Source: the human T2T-CHM13v2.0 reference genome, Homo sapiens
DNA: 64,000 nt
Assembly (NCBI RefSeq): GCF_009914755.1
Contig: NC_060941.1
Reading direction: 5' to 3' (one strand)
Below the pieces are notes generated by a model. It had not been told where the DNA came from, ran no database searches, and was given only the letters and a program-made list of their open reading frames with translations. Positions 1 to 21,577 of the stretch are shown here, piece by piece. The translations under genes and the position numbers were made by a program. Each line of letters opens with the position of its first letter. The first letter of the stretch is position 1.

Positions 1-377
1 TCACATGTACAGATGTGTCCACTTTAATTTACTGCCACTTTCCTCTGACTTTCCCTTCTTAAATATTCACCCTTTCTCACTGCCCACTTCCATTTTTTGA
101 ACCAAAATATGACCAAATCACGGCTTTCGCTCTGCTTTCCCATTTTTCCTTTGGGGAGCCGGTACGTGATAAGCCAGAGGATGGTTGGTGACATGCATCT
201 ATCCTGGAAAAGGAAAGCCTGAGATAAAATTAGACAGAGAAAACCAATAGTAACTTCTTCAAAGGTCCAGAAAAAACAAAGTCCACCTCAGAATCTGCTC
301 AGGTGTCTATATCCATTGGCCTTTGCATCTTCTCATCATTTTTCTTTAAAAAGTAGCATTCTAAAAATATAAAAACA

Positions 378-680
378 GTCTGGGCACGGTGGCTCATGCC
401 TGTAACTCCAGCACTTTGGGAGGCCGAGGGGGGCAGATCACCTGAGGTCAGGAGTTTGAGACCAGCCTGGCCAACATGGTGAAACTCCGTCTCTACCAAA
501 AATACAAAAAATTAGCTGGATGTGGTGACGCACGCCTGTAATCCCAGCTGCTCAGGAGGATTGCTTGAACCTGAGAGACGGAGGTTGCAGTGAGGTGAGA
601 TCATGCCACTGCACTCCAGCCTGGGCAACAGAGTGAGACTGTTTCAATAAATAAATAAATAAATAATAGAAATAAAAATA
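378..680 (+). mobile_element. Alu (AluS-like)
   Basis: Dimeric Alu consensus with (AATA)n tail. Confidence 0.9.
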
Positions 681-905
681 GTTTTGTTTTGACATAATAA
701 AATTAAAAAGTGTTGCTTTATGCTAGGTTATTTTTTCCTTCAAAAACCTCAGTAGGCTTTCCTGAGCTGACCTGAGATGTAAAGGCAAGTATCTGTGGGC
801 CGTGGCTTGAGTTGTAAGACTAGGTGAAAGACTTTGTAGCACAGCTCAGCTATAAGTTGGGGTCTGCCTTTTTGCATATTGAATCCTTGGTTCTTGTTTC
901 CTAAG

Positions 906-1031
906 ACCTTTCCAGGTGTCCTGAGATGGTTCTCCAGTTGAGTTTGTCATCTGCCACGCCCCGCAGCAAGCCTGTGTGCATTCATAAGAATTCGGAATGT
1001 CTGAAAGAGCAGCAGAAACGCTACTTTCCAG
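906..1031 (+). CDS. SLFN5: SLFN5 internal coding exon (126 nt, phase 1-1)
   Basis: Acceptor tttcctaag|AC, donor CCAG|gtaatt; translates (D)LSRCPEMVLQLSLSSATPRSKPVCIHKNSECLKEQQKRYFP and joins in frame to the next exon (G|TA = V). Confidence 0.93.
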
Positions 1032-1322
1032 GTAATTGGCCATCTCTGGTTGCTTTGGAATATGTTGATTGTTCATTCATATAAAAAATTGACTCCTACT
1101 TTATATTATATACAGAATCAATTCCAGAGGTTTAAGGACTTAAATATGAAAGCCAAACCTTTAAAACTTTTAGTAGAAAGTGTATATGAATAATTGTATC
1201 ATTGGGGTAGGAAAGCATTTCCTAAACCAGACACAAAAGGATCAAACTTAAAAAGACTGATAAATTTTACTACATTAAAATTAAGAACTGTTCCTCAAAA
1301 TATACCTTAAAGAAAGTGAAAA

Positions 1323-1603
1323 GACTGGGCACAGTGGCTCATACCTGTAATCCCAGCACTTTGGGAGGGTGAGGTGTGGAATTGCTTAAGTCCAGGAATT
1401 TGAGACCAGCCTGGGCAACATAGCAAGACCCCATCTCTACAAAGTAGCAGCACTCTACTATGCCAGGCTAATTTTTTAACTTTTGTAGAGATGGAGTCTC
1501 CCTGTGTTGCCCAGGTTGGTTTCAAGCTCCTGGACTCAAGCGATCCTTCCACCTGAGCTTCCCAAAGTGCTGGGATTACAGGCATGAGCCACCACGCCAA
1601 GCC
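1323..1603. mobile_element. Two opposed Alu left-monomer fragments (+ 1323-1443; - ~1455-1603)
   Basis: ctgggcacagtggctc...ccatctctacaaa followed by reverse-complement ttttgtagagatgg...gagccaccacgcc. Confidence 0.85.
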
Positions 1604-1610
1604 ACCAGTC

Positions 1611-1947
<337 letters not shown>

Positions 1948-2033
1948 TAATTTTTTCATTTTTAAACAATGCTATAATATACATTTTACCATAATATACC
2001 TGAGGTGTTCTTTAAGGATAAATTCCAAGTAGT

Positions 2034-2494
<461 letters not shown>

Positions 2495-2515
2495 CTATCA
2501 AAAAGAAAAAAAGAT

Positions 2516-2810
2516 GGCCGGGTGAGGTGGCTCACACCTGTAATCCTGGCACTTTAGGAGACCGAGGTGGGAGGATCACTTGAGCCCAGGAGTTCAAGAC
2601 CAGCCTAGGCAACATGGTGAAACTCTGTCTCTACAAAGAAATACAAAAATTAGCTGCATGTGGTGGCATGCACTTGTAGTCCCAGCTACCTAGAAAGCTG
2701 AGGTGGGAGAATCACCTGAGCTCAGGAAGTAGAGGCTGCAGTGAGCCATGATCATACCATTGTACCCCAGTTTAGGTGACAGAGCAAGACCCCGTCCCCC
2801 CCAAAAAAAA
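2516..2810 (+). mobile_element. Alu (AluJ-like)
   Basis: Diverged dimeric Alu. Confidence 0.85.
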
Positions 2811-3044
2811 GTCTCCATGCTGTCCCTTTTTAGTCAAACTCTCCCCAAATCCCTAACCTCTAGCATCCATTGATCTGTTGCCTGTACCTATAGTTGTGCT
2901 TTACAGAATGTCAGGTAAGTGAAACCATACAGTACGTAATCTTGCCAGGTGTTAAGATGGCACTCTAATGCCTTCCTCACCATCCTTGTTTCCACCTCTT
3001 TGCCTCGCACTTTGGATGTCAGCAACACAAACTGCTTGGAGTGA

Positions 3045-3365
<321 letters not shown>

Positions 3366-3475
3366 TCCTTGCTGTTTCTTGTCCCTGAGTGTTAGTCATG
3401 TGCCCTCTTTTGACCATGTCTCTATTCTCCTCTTCAACTCACTAACTCCAAGTCATCCTTTAATAATCAGCTCAG

Positions 3476-3795
3476 GGCTGGGTGCGGTGACGCACGCCTG
3501 TGATCCCAGCACTTTGGGAGGCCCAGGCGGGCAGATCACTTGAGCCCAGGAGTTTGAGACCAGCCTGGCCAACATGGTGAAACCCCAGCTCTACTAAAAA
3601 TACAAAAATTAGCCAGGCTTGGTGGCACACGCCTTTGGTCCCAGCTACTTGGGAGGCTGAGGCAGGAGAATCACTTGAACCCAGGAGACAGAAGTTGCAG
3701 TGAGCCGAGATCGCACCACTGGTGCGACAGAGCAAGACTCCATCTCAAAAAAAAAAAAAAAGAAGAAGAAAGAAAAAGAAAAAAGAAAAAAAAGA
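3476..3795 (+). mobile_element. Alu
   Basis: Full Alu with TSD aatcagctcagg. Confidence 0.9.
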
Positions 3796-4117
3796 ATCAG
3801 CTCAGGTGTTTCCTTCTTCATAAAGACTTTCATATTTTCTTCTTTCCTAAATTGTACCTTTCCTTGGTATTCACATAATACTTTCTGTCCTTCTCTCTAG
3901 TTGTATTGACCACTTTTTACCATAATTATTATTGTCTGTTTATACCAGCTAATTAGCGCCCCATCAAAATAAGAATTGTTTATCTTTTTATTACTAATGT
4001 ATAACCTATTGTAGATACATAGTAGAGTCCCAGTGTTGATTAATTCTTCTACGTATAATGATGATTACTAGCTTGTCTGAGGCTTTTCTAATTTCTTCCC
4101 ATCCTTTCCCTGTCTAG

Positions 4118-4838
4118 TATTTTCAGACAGAGTGGTATATACTCCAGAAAGCCTCTACAAGGAACTCTTCTCACAACATAAAGGACTCAGAGACTTAATA
4201 AATACAGAAATGCGCCCTTTCTCTCAAGGAATATTGATTTTTTCTCAAAGCTGGGCTGTGGATTTAGGTCTGCAAGAGAAGCAGGGAGTCATCTGTGATG
4301 CTCTTCTAATTTCCCAGAACAACACCCCTATTCTCTACACCATCTTCAGCAAGTGGGATGCGGGGTGCAAGGGCTATTCTATGATAGTTGCCTATTCTTT
4401 GAAGCAGAAGCTGGTGAACAAAGGCGGCTACACTGGGAGGTTATGCATCACCCCCTTGGTCTGTGTGCTGAATTCTGATAGAAAAGCACAGAGCGTTTAC
4501 AGTTCGTATTTACAAATTTACCCTGAATCCTATAACTTCATGACCCCCCAGCACATGGAAGCCCTGTTACAGTCCCTCGTGATAGTCTTGCTTGGGTTCA
4601 AATCCTTCTTAAGTGAAGAGCTGGGCTCTGAGGTTTTGAACCTACTGACAAATAAACAGTATGAGTTGCTTTCAAAGAACCTTCGCAAGACCAGAGAGTT
4701 GTTTGTTCATGGCTTACCTGGATCAGGGAAGACTATCTTGGCTCTTAGGATCATGGAGAAGATCAGGAATGTGTTTCACTGTGAACCGGCTAACATTCTC
4801 TACATCTGTGAAAACCAGCCCCTGAAGAAGTTGGTGAG
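4118..4838 (+). CDS. SLFN5: SLFN5 penultimate coding exon (SWAVDL motif, Walker A GLPGSGKT)
   Basis: Acceptor ccctgtctag|TA TTT TCA GAC AGA GTG; ORF 4132-4878 contains the Schlafen SWAVDL motif and GLPGSGKT (4711-4734); donor GTGAG|gtatgc. Confidence 0.96.
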
Positions 4839-5006
4839 GTATGCTGCTTGTCTGTGTTCACTTTATTTTCTTGAGTGACTGTGGCTGGTGTGGCTTTCAG
4901 TTTACTTGCTAAAATTCATATTGTATTTACCATGACCAGAGGGGTTTAAGAGTAGAATCTGCTTTCTTTGTTTCATTGGGGAAAAACCTGACTCTGTTTC
5001 TTACAG

Positions 5007-5823
5007 TTTCAGCAAGAAAAACATCTGCCAGCCAGTGACCCGGAAAACCTTCATGAAAAACAACTTTGAACACATCCAGCACATTATCATTGATGACGCT
5101 CAGAATTTCCGTACTGAAGATGGGGACTGGTATGGGAAAGCAAAGTTCATCACTCAGACAGCAAGGGATGGCCCAGGAGTTCTCTGGATCTTTCTGGACT
5201 ACTTTCAGACCTATCACTTGAGTTGCAGTGGCCTCCCCCCTCCCTCAGACCAGTATCCAAGAGAAGAGATCAACAGAGTGGTCCGCAATGCAGGTCCAAT
5301 AGCTAATTACCTACAACAAGTAATGCAGGAAGCCCGACAAAATCCTCCACCTAACCTCCCCCCTGGGTCCCTGGTGATGCTCTATGAACCTAAATGGGCT
5401 CAAGGTGTCCCAGGCAACTTAGAGATTATTGAAGACTTGAACTTGGAGGAGATACTGATCTATGTAGCGAATAAATGCCGTTTTCTCTTGCGGAATGGTT
5501 ATTCTCCGAAGGATATTGCTGTGCTTTTCACCAAAGCAAGTGAAGTGGAAAAATATAAAGACAGGCTTCTAACAGCAATGAGGAAGAGAAAACTGTCTCA
5601 GCTCCATGAGGAGTCTGATCTGTTACTACAGATCGGTGATGCGTCGGATGTTCTAACCGATCACATTGTGTTGGACAGTGTCTGTCGATTTTCAGGCCTG
5701 GAAAGAAATATCGTGTTTGGAATCAATCCAGGAGTAGCCCCACCGGCTGGGGCCTACAATCTTCTGCTCTGTTTGGCTTCTAGGGCAAAAAGACATCTGT
5801 ATATTCTGAAGGCTTCTGTGTGA
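5007..5823 (+). CDS. SLFN5: SLFN5 last coding exon (helicase-like C-terminus, ends ...HLYILKASV*)
   Basis: Acceptor tttcttacag|T TTC AGC AAG; contains IIIDDAQNF (Walker B-like), FSGLE and CLASRAK motifs; TGA at 5821-5823. Confidence 0.96.
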
Positions 5824-6076
5824 CAGGAAACCCAAGCCTAAGAAACAATTAAGTGGTTCTCATCTCTAATTAACTGTGAAACCATTTAATCCAAACATGT
5901 AAGCACACACTCACTTATTAAGTCACATACTTTTCTAGGTGCTGGGGATTGAGAACGAATCGATGTAAGATTCCTCCTTTAGGGCAGAGACAGACCACTG
6001 ACAAATACACAGATAGACAAGGAATTTCCCATGGTAAAAAGGGATATCAGTAATTAGAGGACCGTGAGACTCAGAG

Positions 6077-6125
<49 letters not shown>

Positions 6126-6139
6126 TGCACATGTGTGTA
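6077..6139. repeat. (TG)n(CG)n alternating purine-pyrimidine tract
   Basis: Directly visible. Confidence 0.95.
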
Positions 6140-7344
6140 GGTAGATGGAGGGGGTGATTATTTTGGGTGGTCAGGGAAGTGCTCAGTGAGGGAAGAACTT
6201 GTCATGAGAATCTCTGAGCGTGCCAGGCAGACTCGGATATTTTTATAAATTTTTAACATGGCCACTTGCAGAAGAGCTTGAATGGGACGTGCAGCGAGAA
6301 TGTGAAGGATGGAGCAGGTAGCTCATCTGGCCTTGTAGGTGCCGGGAACGGGCAAGACATGTTTTGAAATGTAAGATCACAGACTGTTTTTTGCAAGACC
6401 ACATTATATTACTTTATTATTTTCTGCTTTTTCTTTTAACGACATTAGTGTTTTTGATCACTATATTTTAAAATGCTTTTTGTGAGCCTTTTGGTTATGT
6501 GGAATCTGTTCCTTAGCTCTGATTTTTTATTCTTATGGAGCGTCTTAGGTTACTACATGAAGGTAAGACTGCCACAGTCCCCCAGGGAGGCACACTGTGT
6601 TTTACTGATTGATTTGAAGATGATAGAGAGCCTAGGGGGATGAGTCTATTGGACTCAAAGGTTACATTTTGTTTTTCCATTTAATTTAATAATCAACAAA
6701 ACGACAAAGTCAGTTTAATATCTTTCTTCTGCTGAGTCTTCAGGATGTTAGCTAGTCTTTCAAAAGCCATTGCTACAAAAGTGCAAATTTCTCATTTCCT
6801 GTGGGTCTCTAGAAACTCTCTCAATATTTAAAGCCAAACAAATCCATCTTTTCTGAGAGACAGAAACTAAAAAATTCAGAGTTAATTCACTATTAAAAAC
6901 AGCAAGGCCCTGCTATTTCCCAAGAATAAAGAAATTTAAAATTCTCATTGTAAGAAGTATGAACTTGAAGCTAGAATTGGTTTATTTCTGGCAGCTACTT
7001 ACAATATTAAGAACTTTACTTTTTAAATTTGAGACAATTTCACAGGAAAGCAAGAAATTAGTCTATTGTGAAATGTTTTTACAACTAACTTGGAATATAC
7101 TGCAAATCACTAGTAAGTAGAGACACATTTAAGATAAAATGATTAATAAAACAATTGGTAATTCTGAATAAGGATCTGAATAAATCCAGATCACAGACTG
7201 TTCCTTTACCAATATGTAAAAGAATGTGCAAAATTAGTAAAAATATACCCAAAAATTTACCAGCAACAGAGAAGCAAAGAATGGAGTTCAACCTTACACT
7301 ATAAACATCTAATAGATATGTATGAAAATTTAAAAACTAGAAAA

Positions 7345-7685
7345 GGTTGGGCATGGTGGCTCATGCTTGTGATCCCAGGACTTTAGGAGGCCAAGGTGGG
7401 AGGATTGTTTGAGCCCAGGAGTTCAAGACCAGCTTGAGCAATATAGTGAGACCCTGTCTCTACAAAAACAAACAAACAAACAAACAAATAAATAAATAAA
7501 TAAAATTAGCTGGGAATGGTGATGCACACCTGGAGTCCTAGCTACTCAGAAGGCTGAGGCAGGACGATCACTTGACCTCAGAAGTCTGAGGTTACAGTGA
7601 GCTATGATCATACCAGTGCACTCCAGTCTGGGTGACAGAACAAGACCCTGTCTCCAAAAATTAAATAAATAAAACAAAAAAAAAG
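7345..7685 (+). mobile_element. Alu (AluJ-like) in 3'UTR
   Basis: Dimeric Alu with expanded (AAAC)n(AAAT)n middle linker. Confidence 0.88.
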
Positions 7686-8369
7686 AATTTAAAAGTTTTA
7701 TATAAAGGCATAGCTACTATCTCATCTGCCCAGTGTAGTCATGAATAGATGTCACATAAAGAAAAGAAAACCAGAATTCTTGTTAATATGGCCAGTTTGA
7801 AGGGTGGTGGCGGAGGTATTGAGCAGGCAGCTCAGGGAAATGCCAGGGAGACCCTTGAGCACAGAAACTCCTGATTGTCCCCAGGGACTCTCCGTGGACA
7901 CAGGAGGGATTTTCCAGGATTTCACATGAATTCAATGAAGGGGGCTGTGTCTTATTCCTGGATGCTTTGCCTCCTTCATGGAATTCAGTGGATTTAATGG
8001 AAGTTCCTAGGCAACAATAAAGAGTAGAAACCAGGTTAACAGCGAGGGCCTCATCTCACACCAGATCATATCAGGCTACACAAAAGTAGATGGAAGACAC
8101 CACCCAGGCCTCCAGCTATACACTGGAGAAGAAGCCAAACTAGTCTACTTCATCTAAGAAAGTTGTCAAAGAGAGCCCTTCTATACTATCTTAAGGTAAA
8201 AAGAAAGACTCTACCCAGCTGCCCTGATTAAGCATTAGAAAGATAAGTGTTCTGATCATTAGGCGAAAGACAATGGGGAAAAATGTAGAAAAGAAATATG
8301 ACATGAGCCAGATGAAGAACCCATCCTGAAAGGATATATAACTCAGGGGACAAAAGACAACTCACCATA

Positions 8370-8665
8370 AGTTGGGCGCAGTGGATCACGCCTGTAATCT
8401 CAGCATTTTGGTAGGCCAAGGCAGGTGGATCACCTGAGGTCAGGAGTTCAAGTCCAGCCTGGCCAACGTGGTGAAATCCTGTCTCTACTAAAAATACAAA
8501 AATTAGCTGGGTGTGGTGGTGCATGCCTGTAATACCAGCTACTCAGAAGGCTGAGGCAAGAGAATTGCTTGAATCAAGGAGGCAGAGGTTACAGTGAGCC
8601 AAGATCAGGCCATTGTACTTCAGCCTGGGCGACAAAGTGAGACCCTGTCTCAAAAAACAAACAAA
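8370..8665 (+). mobile_element. Alu (AluS-like) in 3'UTR
   Basis: Dimeric Alu consensus. Confidence 0.88.
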
Positions 8666-10572
8666 GCCTCCCCATAGATGTCTCCTGCCATAGAAGAATT
8701 TAAGAAGTTCATAAATTCAATAAAACAAGAGTTGAAGGCCTGTCCCACTGTACCCAATTTCTCCCTCTCTGAACTGCAGCCTAGAAACTCTCTACAGGCA
8801 GTAAGCTGGGGCAGTCACAGAGGTGACCTCATCTGTTTCCCACATCCTGCATTAGGACAGTGATCAGGGATCAGTATCCTTCATTGACTGATTTCCAATA
8901 TCTCGAGACCTGTTGTTTCATATATTTTGCCTTATTTTGCAATTGTTTCATATATTTTGTCTTATTTTGCAATTGTTTCAGGAGGGAGGATAAATATGGT
9001 CCCTGTTCCTCTATCTTGACCAGAAGCATCTAAGAAGGCAGTGAAGCAACATGTGTACAGTTCTTAGGGAAACAAATTTTGACCTAAAAATATTAAACCT
9101 AGTCAAAATATTATTCTAGTACAAAGGCAGCACATGGGTATTTTTGAACATAAAAGAGTTCTAGAAATACAGGACCCATGAATCATTCTTGAAGAAAAGT
9201 TACTCAGTAAGGAAATCTAGCTAAGCAAGCAACATGTACAAATAAAAGATTATTATAATTGGACCAAAGTTAAGTTTAAATCCATTCACATGTATATAAT
9301 TAAGATATATAGGAATTATAATTACAGAAAAGAATGTTACAAACCTTCACAAAGTAAAAATATTTTTATATCAGATAGATTCTTCTGTTTCAATCCATAA
9401 AACCAGGGTTTGGATCATTTTAAAAAAACAAACAAAAATAATTTATTGGAATCATTAGGGAGGACCTGATAGAATAAAATGACAAGCTGACCAAATAGGC
9501 CTTAGAAGGGAGAGGTGCCTGGGCAGTTACAAGGACCTAGGTAGCAGGGGTGACTTGGCCACAGTCATTTTCTTTACTTGATTTAAGGAGGTTAAATTAC
9601 AGTGAGAGAGTTGCACTTATTTAGTTTGCATACCGTACTCAACTCTTAGCTAGCATAGGGCAGGTTCCTTAGTTGAAAAATTTCCACAAAACATGATGTA
9701 AAGTGGAAAGATCAGTTCCCCCAAAGAATATCAGTTACCAAAGTAGGATGAAAGGATGTTGGGTAGATCAAAACAACAAATGTCCATTACAGCAATTAAC
9801 AAAAGTTAGGGAGTGGGGAAGTCTGAGTGCTAATATGGATTTCAAAACAACTTTAAAAATGGCTTCAAACATTTTATGCTTTTTGTAATTTAGTCATTTT
9901 AATATTAGATAAATCTTCCTGTAACTGAAAGTTCTTGAGTTAAAGAAAAATATTCGGTAGTTCAGCTCTTCCTTCAATTTTATTAGTTGCTTTTTCTTTT
10001 GTTCAAGTGAAATAAACATAAAAATAATTTTAAAATATTATGTATCATATCCTTCGATTTAACATAATTCTATCTAGCTGTTCTTATATTTTCTCTGATA
10101 TATTTTTAAAAGCTTTCTGGAATATTATTAACCTTGAATATTTCTAGTTGATGAGTTTATGAGTGATTTATTGCTTCCTTTTCTCTTTCAGTATTGCTAG
10201 AATTAATTTTATTGACTTTGCCCCTTTGCATAAAGACCTTGAAGGTCACATGCTGAAATCGCCCTCTACTAAAACAAACTCATAGAAATAATGGGGAAGA
10301 TATTTCAAAACATTGCCATATGCATAGCCATCCTCACAACCAAGAAAAGCGCCTCTCCATGAACTAAAACCTATGAGTCATTGGTACAGGTAGGGAAAAT
10401 CTAGGTAAACCACGGTAATACACTGAGGCTGGCACCACCACAGGCCAGGACAACCGTTGTCACAAAGCCAGGACAGAATCTCCCAGCCAGAAAGTGTTGC
10501 CCTGAGGCTGAAGCCAAATTCATTTTGCCCCCAGTTGGCCAGACCAAAGCCTAGAACTAAAAAACCCATACC

Positions 10573-10808
10573 TCAGGGTTTGTCAGCATTGGCACTGCTG
10601 GCTTTTTGGGCTGGACAACCATTTATTGTGAGAGGCTTCTCTATGCACTGTAGGATGTTTAGCAGCATCCTTGGCCCTACTCCCTAGACGCCAGTAGCAA
10701 ATCCACCACCCTCCCTCCCCTACCCCAGGGTTGGTTGTCAGTTGTGACAACCAAAAATGTCTCCAGACATCGCCAAATGTCCCTTGGGGGGTAAAATCAC
10801 CACCACCA
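10573..10808 (+). mobile_element. MER20-like hAT DNA transposon relic
   Basis: tgcactgtaggatgtttagcagcatcc...gtgacaaccaaaaatgtctccagacatcgccaaatgtccc matches the MER20 consensus. Confidence 0.8.
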
Positions 10809-11389
10809 TACCTCTTTTGACTAAAAGAGTTTCCAGAATAGTGGCAGAATATATAGGTCAAGCATAACACATTACAATCAAGATTCAGAACATCAAAGAT
10901 TCTTTTTTAATCCTAAAAGAAAAAGTTTGGAAAATCTACAAAAAGAAGTGTGAATTTGACAATAACTATTTCACTAGCAAGGGTAGACGTAAGCAGAATA
11001 CAGGTAGCATATTCAAACTGCTGTGGAAAAACAACATCAAACCTAGACTTCTCTCCCCAAACTATCATTCAGAGTCGAGGGCAAAATAAATAGATTTTCT
11101 GACTTGGAACAAGTAGGAATAATGTACTTATAGTATTCATCTTCATACAGGGATGGACTATAAGTGATTTTTAAAAAACTTCCTACTTGTTCCAAGTCAG
11201 AAAAACTATTCATATAGGGATGGGCTATTAGCAAGAGTATATGAATAACGTACTATAACAAGAAAAAATGAATTGAGAAGAAAGTAGTGGTTTTAAGAAG
11301 GAAAGGAGAACAAATAAATTAGTGAAACATAAGGTTAAGTCTATACATATTATTTTCTAATTGCCTATTATGTCAGACTACATGTAGTT

Positions 11390-13340
<1,951 letters not shown>

Positions 13341-13561
13341 TGTGTGTGTTTTTACTTGTTCATGTAGTGATTTTATAAATTACTCTTTTAATTTTCTATC
13401 AATGAATATCCTGGGATAAACCCCTCATGATCATAATGAATAATGATGTGTGGAGAGTGGGGAGGGTTTACATATGAAAAATGTAGAAAATACAAAAAGT
13501 GTCTATATATACAAAAATGTAAGTGTTAACATTTTTATATTTGCTTCAAGCTTTTTTTTTA

Positions 13562-13615
13562 AATAAAAGAAATGCAATATTGCAATTAAATTTGTGTTCT
13601 TCTTTCTTCTGTTTC
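13562..13615 (+). terminator. Candidate distal polyadenylation signal
   Basis: U-rich upstream run, AATAAA 13562-13567, downstream tttgtgttcttctttcttctgttt. Confidence 0.6.
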
Positions 13616-13689
13616 ACATCCAATTTATCTCCCCTTCCTCCAGAGGCAGTAACTATCATGGCTTTTGTGGGTATCCTTCAGGCTGTTAG

Positions 13690-13720
<31 letters not shown>

Positions 13721-14307
13721 TCAGATCACACTATCACTAGTGGTGGCATAAGATGAAGTGAAGGTAGAGGACAAGGTACTGGGAATTCCAGTTTATGAAT
13801 TTAGTTTCGAAAGGGATTTAGTTTCCATGGCAACAATAGTCATTATAAAGATTGTAAATTGGCATTTTCGATAGCTCTAGGAAGTTTAGACAACGAAAAA
13901 ATTGAGATTGAAAGAAAAACTATCCAGCTGAGAATATCCATAGAAAACTGGAATGCCTTGATGACAGTTTTGGACAAGTCCCTCATCCTCTATAGATGCA
14001 GGGCAGATATGACTGAGCACCAAGCCAAGGACCTAATTGTAACGGATGGTGAGTTCAATGCCAATGAAATCTGCAACCACATCACATCTCTTTCAGTAAG
14101 GGAAAAGCACTGGTATGGAAGCAGTGGGACCTTGAGACACGGCATAAGGATATTTGGGCAGATACTGAGAACTCTGGAGCCCCAAATACCTTTCAGACAG
14201 GCAGCTACATTGTGCCTAAGAGGATTATCCTTCCTTGCCAAAAAAAAAAAAAATGCCTTCTATTGACTGAATGACTGCTCCCCACTCCATAATAAGAGTT
14301 AGATCTC

Positions 14308-21577
<7,270 letters not shown>

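Noticed and set aside
13859-14266. 135-aa ORF just after SLFN5
   Set aside because: TTG start within a decayed ERVL gag-like region; chance open frame.
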